A stretch of DNA of 64,000 nucleotides, from the IMG/VR virus record IMGVR_UViG_3300035698_005334. One strand, given 5' to 3'. Source of the stretch: an uncultured virus (IMG/VR IMGVR_UViG_3300035698_005334) (lineage: Duplodnaviria > Heunggongvirae > Uroviricota > Caudoviricetes). Below, piece by piece: positions 44,643 through 55,900 of this stretch. The stretch's first letter is position 1, and each line of letters opens with the position of its first letter. The notes under the pieces were generated by a model, which was not told the origin of the DNA, made no database searches, and saw only the letters and a program-made list of their open reading frames with translations. Both the position numbers and the translations under genes were made by a program.

Positions 44643-44801
44643 AAACGTTCATTTTCCGCGTGTGGTTGGTGGGGATCGTTCCGCGCTTCGTTCTCTGAAC
44701 TCTGGGACAGCCTCAACGACAAGCGCGGCTTTGGCTGGAACTTAAACCCATGGGTGGTCGCGATCACATTCAGCGTAGCAAAGGGGAATATCGATGGATA
44801 A
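44639..44801 (+). pseudogene. C-terminal remnant of an ASCH-like phage protein
   Basis: Frame continuing past the SPOUT TGA encodes ...FSELWDSLNDKRGFGWNLNPWVVAITF; the ATG at 44639 is out of frame by one base. Confidence 0.55.
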
Positions 44802-44874
44802 GATACTGCGAAGCGCAGTCCACGCTTCTGATTAAGAATTCGGGCTAAATGGTACTCCCCGTGTACCATCCGAA

Positions 44875-44907
44875 TGCCGGGGCGGTTATGTCGATGCCGC
44901 CCCGGCA
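44875..44907. terminator. Hairpin at the convergence of the two arms
   Basis: TGCCGGGGCGG / CCGCCCCGGCA 11-bp inverted repeat; no clear U-tract. Confidence 0.6.
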
Positions 44908-44917
44908 GATAATCCCT

Positions 44918-45640
44918 TCAGAGGGTGTCAGCGAAGAAGCTTCGATAGAGTTCGTGATTGCCTTCGTGATCGTAGCTGAATGAATGGTCCCCCCTTGAGG
45001 GACCATCCCCCTCAAGATCCCAGTCCCTAAGCGCTTTCCAATATCGCTGATCGTATTCGTCGTCGAGACGAACTTCATTGAAGTTTTCCAGCCACCGCAT
45101 CCCAGGTGGGCACCCATTCCCGATGCACCTTTTGACGCCGTCCCCCGGAGCCATAAGGGATCCGGCTCTTGCTAAGACGTCGTCTTCTGCGACAGCGATG
45201 TTCAGGTATTGAATGCCGGGTGTGTTCTCGATTATGGGGTTTGCCACCCGCCAGATCTCAGCCCCGTTGATGAGGATGATCTTTCGGAAGAGATCGGGGC
45301 GTTGCTCCGCTGCCAGGAGCGCTACCCTGGTCCCGAGGGAGTGCGCGAAGCAATCAATGCCCGACTTGCCGTGCATCCGCGTCAGCAGTTGCTCGACAGC
45401 GTTATCGACCAGCGGCCCGTAAGCCCAGCCGTAGGTCGTCGAGAACCCTGCATCCCATGCCAACCTCGTATCACGCCACTGAACGGCGCTGTACCAGGGG
45501 AGAAAGAGGGGTGTCGTCTCCGAGAAAATGCGGGGCCAAACGTCGAAGTTCCCGCCCGGGCGGTGGGGAGAGTGTTCCCCCAGGTAGTCGCTCGGATCGT
45601 GATTGTAGCCGTGAACCAAAAGTAATTCAGTCTGGCTCAT
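44918..45640 (-). CDS. Alpha/beta hydrolase (esterase/lipase-like)
   Basis: LLVHGYN oxyanion region, AHSLG nucleophile elbow, EDDVL Asp and GDHS His candidates. Confidence 0.85.
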   Translation of the reverse strand: MSQTELLLVHGYNHDPSDYLGEHSPHRPGGNFDVWPRIFSETTPLFLPWYSAVQWRDTRLAWDAGFSTTYGWAYGPLVDNAVEQLLTRMHGKSGIDCFAHSLGTRVALLAAEQRPDLFRKIILINGAEIWRVANPIIENTPGIQYLNIAVAEDDVLARAGSLMAPGDGVKRCIGNGCPPGMRWLENFNEVRLDDEYDQRYWKALRDWDLEGDGPSRGDHSFSYDHEGNHELYRSFFADTL

Positions 45641-46923
45641 TCGAACGACCCATCAGCTTTAAACAGATCAATCGGGCCTGTCGTCTCGCCAGCCTCATCG
45701 TACTTGGTTAGCGTATTACCGCCCAAATCCACAATGGCAGTCGGCAAGGGACACCTGAATTTAGCACCGACATGGGAGAACTTGTTGTATTTCCAGGCCA
45801 TGTAATCGGTGATTGTAACATCTTTGAACCGCCATTCGCCCGGCCCGCCGCATCTGTCCAGTTTAGGACCCGCACCAAGGATGCTGAGATTGCCTTTAGG
45901 CTGGCCTCCTGGACCAACAGGGACAGGCCCCTGCACGATTGTGACGGTATCCAATTCAACCAATTCATTGCTCGTGCTATGGACTGCAAAGCCGCTGTCG
46001 CCCGCGCCCTCTGTCAGCACAGTGTTGGAAATGTGCGTTGATTTACTTCCCGTCTTGACGGCGTGTCCGGAATAGGTTTGCAGATTAGAATTGATAATTG
46101 TGAGACTTCCGGGTCCGACACTGGAATAAATGCAATGTGAAAGCCCCCCATGACGATTGGAGCAATCCGTCATTGTCACATTATCGAGCGACCAGTTGTA
46201 CGATCCGTCGCCCTGCATACCGTGATTGCACGACACAAGCGTAACGTCTTTTACCGTCATATTTCCCAGAACGCGGATGCACCTAAAACCCCGATCCGAT
46301 CCTGGCGGGGTCAAAGCGGTTGGTCCGGTGCCGCTGCCGGAAATAACAGCGAGACCGGAGATTGTCGTGTCTGGTGATACGCTGACAATGCAGCCTTGTC
46401 CCTCGAAACCGTGATTGGCCCTAATCCCGTCTGCGCCGCCGATTGTCGCTGTGAGGCAATCTTGCGTCGCCCCATACCCGTCAATTGTAACGGGTGCCAC
46501 CATTTTTTTACGCTCAAGTGGGTTTGTGTTAGGCACTATTCGATCTTTAGGTGTGGACATTCGAACCGCGTGCGTACCCGGCTCAAGCTTGAAATCATAG
46601 CGCGCTTCGTTGGGGTACTGCGTCATCAAAATATAGGTCGTGCGATGCTCAAGGCTGTCCGACAGTGACACGCAAAAGTTCGCCACTTCGCCGCACCAGT
46701 CAGGCCGGGTTGCTGGATAGACCAATCCCTCCGATGGTACAGGCGGGACGACAACAGGGGGTACGACGACAACAGGCGGCTCAGGCGGGACGACAACAGG
46801 GGGAACCGGCAGCGTGTACTGCACTTCGATTTCCGTCACGCCGTCAGGGACGGTTACTTCCACAGTTGTCGCCCAAGATGGAGCAGCGAACAGCATCAGA
46901 AATATTACGGCTAAAGTTCTCAT
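45637..46923 (-). CDS. Signal-peptide-bearing right-handed beta-helix protein, paralog B
   Basis: MRTLAVIFLMLFAAPSWA|T, Pro/Val-rich linker, many blocks identical to 3720..4949. Confidence 0.75.
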   Translation of the reverse strand: MRTLAVIFLMLFAAPSWATTVEVTVPDGVTEIEVQYTLPVPPVVVPPEPPVVVVPPVVVPPVPSEGLVYPATRPDWCGEVANFCVSLSDSLEHRTTYILMTQYPNEARYDFKLEPGTHAVRMSTPKDRIVPNTNPLERKKMVAPVTIDGYGATQDCLTATIGGADGIRANHGFEGQGCIVSVSPDTTISGLAVISGSGTGPTALTPPGSDRGFRCIRVLGNMTVKDVTLVSCNHGMQGDGSYNWSLDNVTMTDCSNRHGGLSHCIYSSVGPGSLTIINSNLQTYSGHAVKTGSKSTHISNTVLTEGAGDSGFAVHSTSNELVELDTVTIVQGPVPVGPGGQPKGNLSILGAGPKLDRCGGPGEWRFKDVTITDYMAWKYNKFSHVGAKFRCPLPTAIVDLGGNTLTKYDEAGETTGPIDLFKADGSFE

Positions 46924-46945
46924 TAGGTGTTTCTCCTTTAGAGGA

Positions 46946-49900
46946 TCAGCGGCCCGCCGCGTTTTTCACCGCGTCGGCCACATCGGGATTGTCGAACAGG
47001 TAATTCATGAGAGACCCGGTTACAGGGGTAGATGTCATCACCCGCTTCGTAATGTCGTTTTTACGTTGCAGAACCTTATCGATAGCGGCCCGCTTTTCAT
47101 CGGCCGACATGTCACTGACCTGTATCGCGCGGGTGCGCTGGTTGAGGGACGAGAGCATCTTGTATGCGTTGTTGAGCATACCGCGAACGCGAAGCTTATC
47201 CCTGTTGTCCTCCAACAGTTCAGTCGCGGCATCGACATCGCCCCGCTTCCGGTACTCCTTGATGGTGGAGAACAAGGAATTGATCTCGTTGTACTGCTCA
47301 TAGAACTGGGTGGAATACTTGGTAGAGTAGGCCGGGTTTGACCGCCAGAACCGTTTGACGACGGGCATGTTATCCCAGCGCATCGATGGCTTCTCCGGGT
47401 AGTCCCCAAAGGTGCGAACCAGAGCGTCGGCACCCTGCAAGGCGTAAAGCCCCAAGGATCCGGTGTATCCCCGAATAAGCGCCTCGATACGCTTCGGTGA
47501 CTGGGCATCACCCATCCACTCCGGCAGCACATCTCCGAGAATGCGAGCCGTCTCCGATGTGTTGCTGTCGTACTGAGCCTCCGGCGTTAGGCGATCCAGC
47601 CCAAGACCGACGATGGGCCTGCCGGTGAACTTGATCTTGTTCGCGGCCTGTTCGAGCAGTGGCTTGACGAGCTGCGGCGTGGGATCAAGCGCAAAGGTAT
47701 CGAGGAACATCCTCACCAAACGTTCACCGGACGTGTTTAAGTCGTCTTTACCCATAATACTGCGCACAAACCGTTCAGGAACGGTCGAAAAGATGACTCC
47801 GACCTCAAAAGGCTTCGGAAGACGGAAGTGCTCACCTCCTACGAAGAAATGGTAATACGTGTCTTTGTCCCACTCCTCCAAGGCTTCATAGTCATCGTTG
47901 TCCATGTTCGCAGCCATCAGCGCCATCGTCGCGCCCATGATGATCGACCCACGAAGAAGGAACATTTTCCGGTTCTCGTTGAACCCGCGACCGAGACGGT
48001 ACAAACCCTGGATACGAGCGTTCATGAAGGGAACCATCTCGATCAGAACCCGCATGGCAGCGAAATCGCCGCGCATTGAGAAATCCATGAGGTCGAGGGC
48101 CTGATATGCCGCCTCGGCATCGGTCCCGCCGTTCTTCTTGATGGCGTCGAATACAGCGATACGGTTGGCCGCTTCCGATGCAGCCCCGATCTTGTGCCAA
48201 AACCGCCAGATCTTATGGCCCGTGTTCAGGAGCCCCATCTTGGAATCGCCACGTAACTTTTCGTCAAGTTGTTTGCGGACACTTCCCGGCGTGATGTCGT
48301 AGAACCCGCCTGATCCACCACCGGCAGACATGATCGAGGTCAGAGACGCGGATCCCATGATGGCCTTCTTGAAGCCCTTCACGGTGTCGACGCCGGGAAT
48401 GAGACCCTTTTGGCCGGAAACAACCCATGCCGACATCGTGTCACGCAACACGTTCGCAACCATAAAAGCAGGATCCAGCGTGACGGACTCGGTCAGAACC
48501 CGTTTCGCCATACGGAACGCGACCATGATCCCGCCTAGCTGCGACTGGTGCAGCGAGGTAAGCGATCGCAGGAGCATCGGATCCGTGACGCGCCGGTAGA
48601 GAATCTTCCCCTCGCGCATGACGCTGACCACGTCCGGGCCCGTAGGCGCGGCGATCTGCATCATTTGAACCAAGGAATTCATCTCGACATCGGAAAGGTC
48701 CAAATCGTCGGGATCGATCTCCATCCACTCAGCGATCTTCTCCTTGATCTGAGCGGGAGGAATGAGGGCAGGCTTATAGGCGCGGCCGAGTTTCTCCATA
48801 ACGCCAGCATCGAGGGCGAGCGCCTCAACCTTCTGCATCGCCATGTTCTTCATGGAAGCGTCGACTAGGTGCGTCATGTTGAGGATCATGTTCTCCAACA
48901 CGTCGTTGACCTTCTCGTCGCGGCCGGTGAGGTATTGAACGCCGCTGCGCTGCCCTTCGACGCCACCGGATTGACCCGTGTTCGGGCTTTGGGTGTCGTC
49001 TTCCAACAGACGATAGAACGGCACGTAGTCGGCGTGCTCCCACACCGCGCGCTGTTCCTTGTTGATGACCCCGGACTGTTCGGCCATGTCGAGCATGGCG
49101 CGGTTGAACTCCATCCAGCGGTCGAGGACTTGCTGAAACTCAGGGTATTGATCGCCAAGCTTCAGAAGCTCATCGATCTGTTCTTGGCTCATACGGTTCT
49201 CTCGCGACTTACCGTCCCGTCCCGTCTCACCCTTCAGCCGGTTCGCGCGGTTTGCTATAGCCCAGCCCTTCCATAGGTGCAGAGTGCCAGCTTTAGCGAG
49301 ATCCATGAAGATCGCCTCGAACCCACCTTCGAACCCTTTGCGCGTCTTGAACCACTTGTCGCCCTGGTCGTTGGTGTAGACCTCCAATGGCCCTTCACGC
49401 AGAACCGAAGCCATGACGCTGTGAATGTTGGTCGTCATGCGAACCGCTTTGTACGCGGACGCCATAGCGTCTGGAATCGAACCCAGAGAGTTTAGCTCCA
49501 ACTGCTTCACGGCATCCCACTGATCGAGGAACCCTTGCCGCATACTGGCTACACCGCGTTTCTTCCACCAATCGACCGCGCGCCGGACCTGCTCGAAGAA
49601 ACCCGTTTCCTTCTGACCCATGCCGTGTTCCATCGCGGCTTCCTGGGTGTCTGTACCGCGGACTCTGTGATCGCTGTCCATCTTCGCAACGCTCGCCATC
49701 ATCGAGCCAATGGAATAGGAATCGCGTCCTCCTCCCTCGATGTCCGATGGTGTGCGCTGGCTGACCTCACCGCTCTCGACACTGAGGAACACGTCCTCAT
49801 AGGTCTGGAACCCAAGGCCGTGCATCATGTTCGCCACCCGGTTTAGGAACTGTGTCGCCTTCTTGAACATGCGCGTGATGACGGGAAGGCGCTTGCGCGT

Positions 49901-52900
49901 CTCTCCGCGACGGAACGCCCCGAACTCATAGGCCGTCGCCTCTTCAAGATCCTCAACGCCCCAGTGCTCTTTCCACGCCCCGGCCTCACGTTCCAGAAGC
50001 GCCCATTCCTGGGGAGTGAAGAACTTGCGCAAAGCGTGAATGATCTCGTGCCGAACACTCTCGACAGGATCGTCAGCCCGCATGGCAACACGGATGATGT
50101 CGGATTCGTAGAGGTACTGACCGGCGATCTCAGCCCTGTCCCCGGTTTCCATCCCAGACCGGACGAGGGACTCGCCTTCACCGAACAGGCGATCCTTGAT
50201 TTCGAGGGTCGTACCTTCCGGTGCCATCGTTTCGAATATTTCGTTTACGCGATCGCGGATGTCCGGCCATGACGCTTCTGCGGCAGGCGTAAGCCCGGTT
50301 CCGGTGCTGTACGACATAGCCAGACGCCAAGCATTGTCGGGATCCACATCGGTTCCCAGGAGAGCGTCTTGCCACGGGGTTTCTACTGCGGCCGCGCCCT
50401 TCTCAAGTTCCTCTTCAAGCGTCCAGACCTTGTTGCGAAGCTCCGCGAGTTCGGCATCGCCTTCGAACTTCTTGTCGAGGAGCGGCTCGAACTGTTCGAC
50501 CTCATTCTTATACTGTTCGCGATCCTCAATACTGTCAGCCAATTCCTCCGGCAACCTTGAAACGATGTTCTCAAGCTTCTGCGTGATCCCCAACGCGGAG
50601 GAGCTGTCAGCATCCGAGCTTCTGTCGTCGTTGCGTATGATGGTCGCCCATCCTTCAAACGTGGTCGTTTTTTTGCCGAACTCTTTATACTCCCGAGTGT
50701 TGATCGCAAGGGGGAAACCGCCGATCTCACCGACGACTTGGTCATCTACGACCTGCTTGAGATCGATCACGCGCAAGATCTCACCCAACAGGCGTTCGCC
50801 GAACTTCACACGCTCATCGTAGGCGGCTCCCTGGATTTTGCCCGTAAAGGCGGCTCCTGCGGTATCCACCGACTGCTCGATATCCTTCTCGATCTTGGGA
50901 ATCGTCTCGTCATACCTGACGATAGCGCGATGCGCCCGTGAGACCCGGTCTTGGATCCCGTGCTGCTGGCGCGCGAAAGCAGACTTCCGACGTTCGGCCT
51001 TTTCGAGATCCTGTTGAGCCTCAGTCAGGATCATCACCCGTTCGTCAGACGTCGAAAGCGCCTTCGCCTGCTGGTACTGTCCAGCCTCGCCAAGGTCTTC
51101 CATGTTCCGCATTTCAGGATCGCCTTCAAAGAACTGCTGAATGAAGCGAGCCTTCTTCTCCATCAAATGCCACATCTGGGAATCGTATGTGCCCTTGGTG
51201 GAGTAATCCCGAATGCGAATGAAGGGGTTCATGTTGCCTTGTCGGAGCGAACGGCCGTTTCTCTGTTCGTCTTCGGCCGGGAACCACAGTGGATCAAGAT
51301 TGTGGCTCGCATACAGTCGTCGCTGTGCGTTGACGCCTGTCGCCATGGACATGCTTCCGATGAGAACACGCTTGGTCCCCTCGTTCATATCGTTGAACAA
51401 GCGCTGCTTATCGACCGCGCGTTTATAGTCCCCGAATAGGGCGATCTCCGACTTGGGCACACCGCGTCGGTGCAGTTCAGCCGCGATGTACTTGTGCGTG
51501 GAGAATTCTTTCCCGTGGATCCCCAGCCCGGAGAAAACCATTTGAGTGGCGGGCCCGACGTCTACCGGATCTACGCTGTACCCATCAGGACCGGCTTCAT
51601 GGAATGGCTGTAGCTTGGTTGACTCCCAGATTTCGAATACGGAGTCGACCAGCATGTTCAGCTTGGAGTCAGGATCGCCCTTCAGCTTCGCATCAACGAG
51701 GCGCATGTCGATCGCTGATTTGCGACCGTCCCCGATGACCGACAGGATGATGTCCTCGCCCTTTGCGGCAGGACGTCCCCGGTTCTCGATAGCCAACATC
51801 CGGTTGCCGAGCGTCTCTTGGTACGCCTTTATAGCCGGGGTGCTCGGGGCGATGACCATCTCGCGCTTCCCGCCTTCCAGTTCCGGCCGAGTCACGTATT
51901 GACCAAGCTGCTTACTGGTGACGACATCCATGGTCTGCCGCACGATCAACGACAGTTCCGGCATATTCACGAACTGACCGAACCGTGTTACCGATTTGTA
52001 TCCGCCCGCTGGGTTTTGCTCCAACTCAGTGACGGTGTCCCCGAACGATGCTGCCCATGCGTCAAAGGACTCAATGCCATTCTCGCGCAGCATCGGGGTG
52101 TCCATGTATCGAGACACGCTGAAAAGCTCGGCCATGGTGTTGGTGACGGCTGTACCAGACGCGAACACTAGGTTGCGACGAGGCTTGATCGTTTCCAGAT
52201 ACCGGGTTTTCACGTACAGATCCCACGATGCCTGTGAGCCATTAGAGTCGATACCCTTGATGTTCTGCATGGTGGTGGCGAAATCCAGCTTACGGAACAG
52301 GTGCGCCTCATCGACGAACAGGAAGTCGACGCCCATTTCTTCGAAGGTGAACACGCCGTCGCCCTTGGATGCGCCACCGCCCTTCAATTGCTGCTCAAAC
52401 TTCTCGATGCGGTTCTCGACCTGCTTGCGAGTGTATCTATTGTCCTCGTCGTCGGGGATCATCGCCAGAACCTCGCGGTACTCCGCGATCTGTTCTTTGA
52501 TGAATTCACCCTCGAAAGACCCGGAGATCGGGATCTGCTTGAACGACGAGTGCGTGATGATGACCGCGTCGAGGTCAGACAGGGCAGCATTCGCCATGAA
52601 TTGACGGCGTCGGCTGGTGTGGAACGCCCGATCGTCAGCAACCGCAATGCGGGCCGTCGGGTACTGTTCGTAGAACTCCTTGGTGAACTGGCCGAGCATA
52701 TGGTTCGGAACCGCATACATCGGCTTGTTGACCAGCCCAAGGCGCTTCATCTCCATGCCCGCGCCGATCATGGCCGACGTCTTACCGGCACCGACAGCGT
52801 GGGCCATATAGGTGTTGCCGGATTGGATGATGCGAGCAACTACGCTCGTTTGGTGCGGACGCCATGACCACTCACGGGAGATCCCCGGCGTGGTAAGGTA

Positions 52901-55900
52901 GTCGCCGCTGTATTCACGGACAACGAGACTATTGAACTTCTCATTGTACGATTCGGCCAGTTCTAAGCGGCGCGCGTCATCTTCCCATATCCACTCGCGA
53001 AACTTAATCTTGATCTCCGCCAGCTTGTCTTGCGCTGCCTGTGTCAGTTCAGGGTTGAGGACGGGCTTTAACTTCCCGTTCTCGCCCATCACCTGATCGA
53101 ATATCTTCGGGTCTTTCCGGTTCGCCGCGAACTGCATCAGCTTCGTGGCGGGCATATGCTTCGTGCCCCAGGTATCGACAGCCGCCACCGACTTCATGTC
53201 GCCGGAAATGAACCATTGCCCTATTTTGGACTGATACTTGGCACGAACCGTGTCTAGTCCGAGAGCCTCAGTGCCGAACTGTTGCACGACGCTCTCGGGG
53301 ATCCACGGCATACCGATGCTCGCCGCTATGTCGGTGTACGGGAGCGGGATCGGCTGCGAGTCTTCAAGGGCAGAGACGTTCCGTTTAATAGCCGGGTTAC
53401 GATCCGCCTCGGCCGTGGCGATACGGAGCTTCTTGCGGACGTTGCCTGATAGATACTCTTCGGCAGTGACCCATTCCTTCGAGGACGGGTCCATGTAGAT
53501 TTTCTCGCCCAGTTCGGCGGTGACGGCATCTTCACTCTTCTTCGCCATCGCCGCGACTTCGGAGAGGATAAAGCGGCCCTGAGTGTTCATGACGTGCATG
53601 ACAGCATCGCCAACCGAATCAATCTGCGGCTCGGGATCCCGCGATACCACGTTCTCGGTAAACACGAGGGATTTCTTGGCTTCGTCCGTTACGGAGTCGT
53701 AATGTTCCACGGCCCTGATCCGGTAACTCTCCGGGTCATCCATGAACGCATCGATGTTCGGACGCTTGACGACAACCTTGTCCGACATCCCTTCGCTATC
53801 AAAGGTGCCTTCGCTCCACGTCTCGGTGCCAGTGTGGTTCTCGCGGGCGTCTTTGCGCATTCGCGCCATCTGCGCCATCGTCGGGCGCTTCTGTAAGTTA
53901 TCTTCGGCCAACTGCACGATGTCGATCGCGTTGAACGTGCCCTCGTCGAACGGTGTCCCTGCATACCGCGCCTCTTCCCGTGCTTCGGCGCGAGCGACTT
54001 CCTGCTCAACGATGCTCGGGCGACGGAACGAACGGACCTCGGTATTGATGGGCCCATTGTCAGCGATGTAGGCGTCGTACTCTTCGTTCAACCGCTTGCG
54101 GGCCTTGGAGGCGTTCTCGCCGTCCTCTGCAAGATCCGCCTCATAGACAGCACGTAACGAGTCCCTGATGGGGATAAGGCTCTTGATGACCTCGATATCC
54201 TTGGCCGTCTTCCCGCCCTTAACGCCCTTCCCGCGCTTCGGAACCTCACGTCCGATACCCTCGTTCATTTGCAAGAGATTGCCATCGCGGCCGACGTAGA
54301 AAGAACCTTCCTTGCGCTCGCTCGTTCCAAAGTCTGCAACTGCGGTATCGTGCGGGTTTAAGCGCTCTGACATGACGTTCTGGGGAAGGCTGTCTATCGC
54401 GACAGCAAGCGGCTTGGTGTAGCTAAACTTCTCCGTCCAGCGCACACCGTACCGGCCAGGGTACAGACGGTCGAAGAAGCCCTCTTCACCGATCACGAGG
54501 GATGGATTGTCAGAGAACCACTTACTGACCTGCCCTTTTGTGGGAACACCCTCTTTGTTGGGAAGGGTTCGTTCGACGGTGCCTACCCACTGTTCCGGCA
54601 GAGCGATCCCGTCAACGGCGCTCAACTCTTCACCCTCGACCTTTTTACGAAGGAAGATAATGTCGGTCGTTACGGCCGTTCCCGCATTCTTCTCGAAGGC
54701 GTTGCCCGGCAGTCGGATGGATCCCGCGAGATCAGCCCGTTCCGCAAGGTACTCCCGAGCATCCGTGCTGATCTTGTTCATGGTCCCGGCAGACGTAATG
54801 AACGCCAGAAGACCGCCCGGCCTTACCGAGTCCAGGGATTTGGCGAAGAAATAGTCGTGCAGCATGAAGCCGCGCGCCGCATATTTGGGATCAGATTTTA
54901 TCACGGTGTCGGAGAATGGCGGGTTGCCGATGACGAGGTCGTATTGATTCTCAGGCAACGGCGCTTCTGTGAAGTCATCGCGGCGCACACCGGAGTTGGG
55001 ATACAGCAATCGAGCAATGCGGGCCGTCATGTGATCCAGTTCCAGGCCGCTGTAATCGATGTTCACACCATCCGGGGCCATCCCGAGGAAGTTGCCAATG
55101 CCCATGCCGGGCTCGAATACTTGCCCACCCTTGAAGCCCATACGCTCGACGCCGGTCCACATGGAGCGAACGATCGCCTCGCTGGTGTAGTGCGCGTACT
55201 GGATGGATCGACGGGCCGTCGCGTATTCGGTATCGGTCAGCAGATCCCGAAGCTCTGTCCCGATGTCGTCGAACCCCTTGCCAAACTCTCCCTTGTCGTT
55301 GGGGAACGCATTGGCAATGCCACCCCAGCCGACATACTTGGCAATCCGGCTCTGCTCGCCCTTCGTCGCGGGACGTCCTTCGGCCTCGATCTCACGCACA
55401 AGGCGGATAGCTGACAGATTATCGCGGGCCTTCGTCTTCCAACCGCGTGTCTCGTCCAGGGATCCCGGCTCGATGCGGTGGTTCTCTCCTGCTACAAGGC
55501 TGTCGTCATCTCGGGAAACTCCATCATCTGCGCCCAGACCACTTCCTTCGCCTCCCTCTCCTGGGCCATCGTCGGTTTTGGCCCCATCATCTGTTGGATC
55601 AGCAGCCCCGTCTCCTGCGCTTTCTCCGTCAGGTGCTTCTCCAGTTCGTTCGTCGACTGTAGATCCTTCATCATCTTGGGCGCTTTCTCCGACATCGCCT
55701 GCAAGTACGTCGTCTTGAAGCTCTGCATCGTCTGTCCTTTCGGTTTCTTTAGCCGTTACGGGGATTCCCGGTTCGGGCTCAGCCTCTACTGGCTCATACG
55801 TCCGGTCCCTCTCGTTACTGAGACGATTGACGCTAATCGATCCATCAGGGGACATCTGGACCGGCTCGGTGTGGCGGACACCATCCTGAACAACGGAACG

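Noticed and set aside
3720..46923. Paralog pair as a diversity-generating retroelement TR/VR
   Set aside because: Differences are spread over synonymous sites rather than adenine-specific, both copies are full genes, and no reverse transcriptase is in the window
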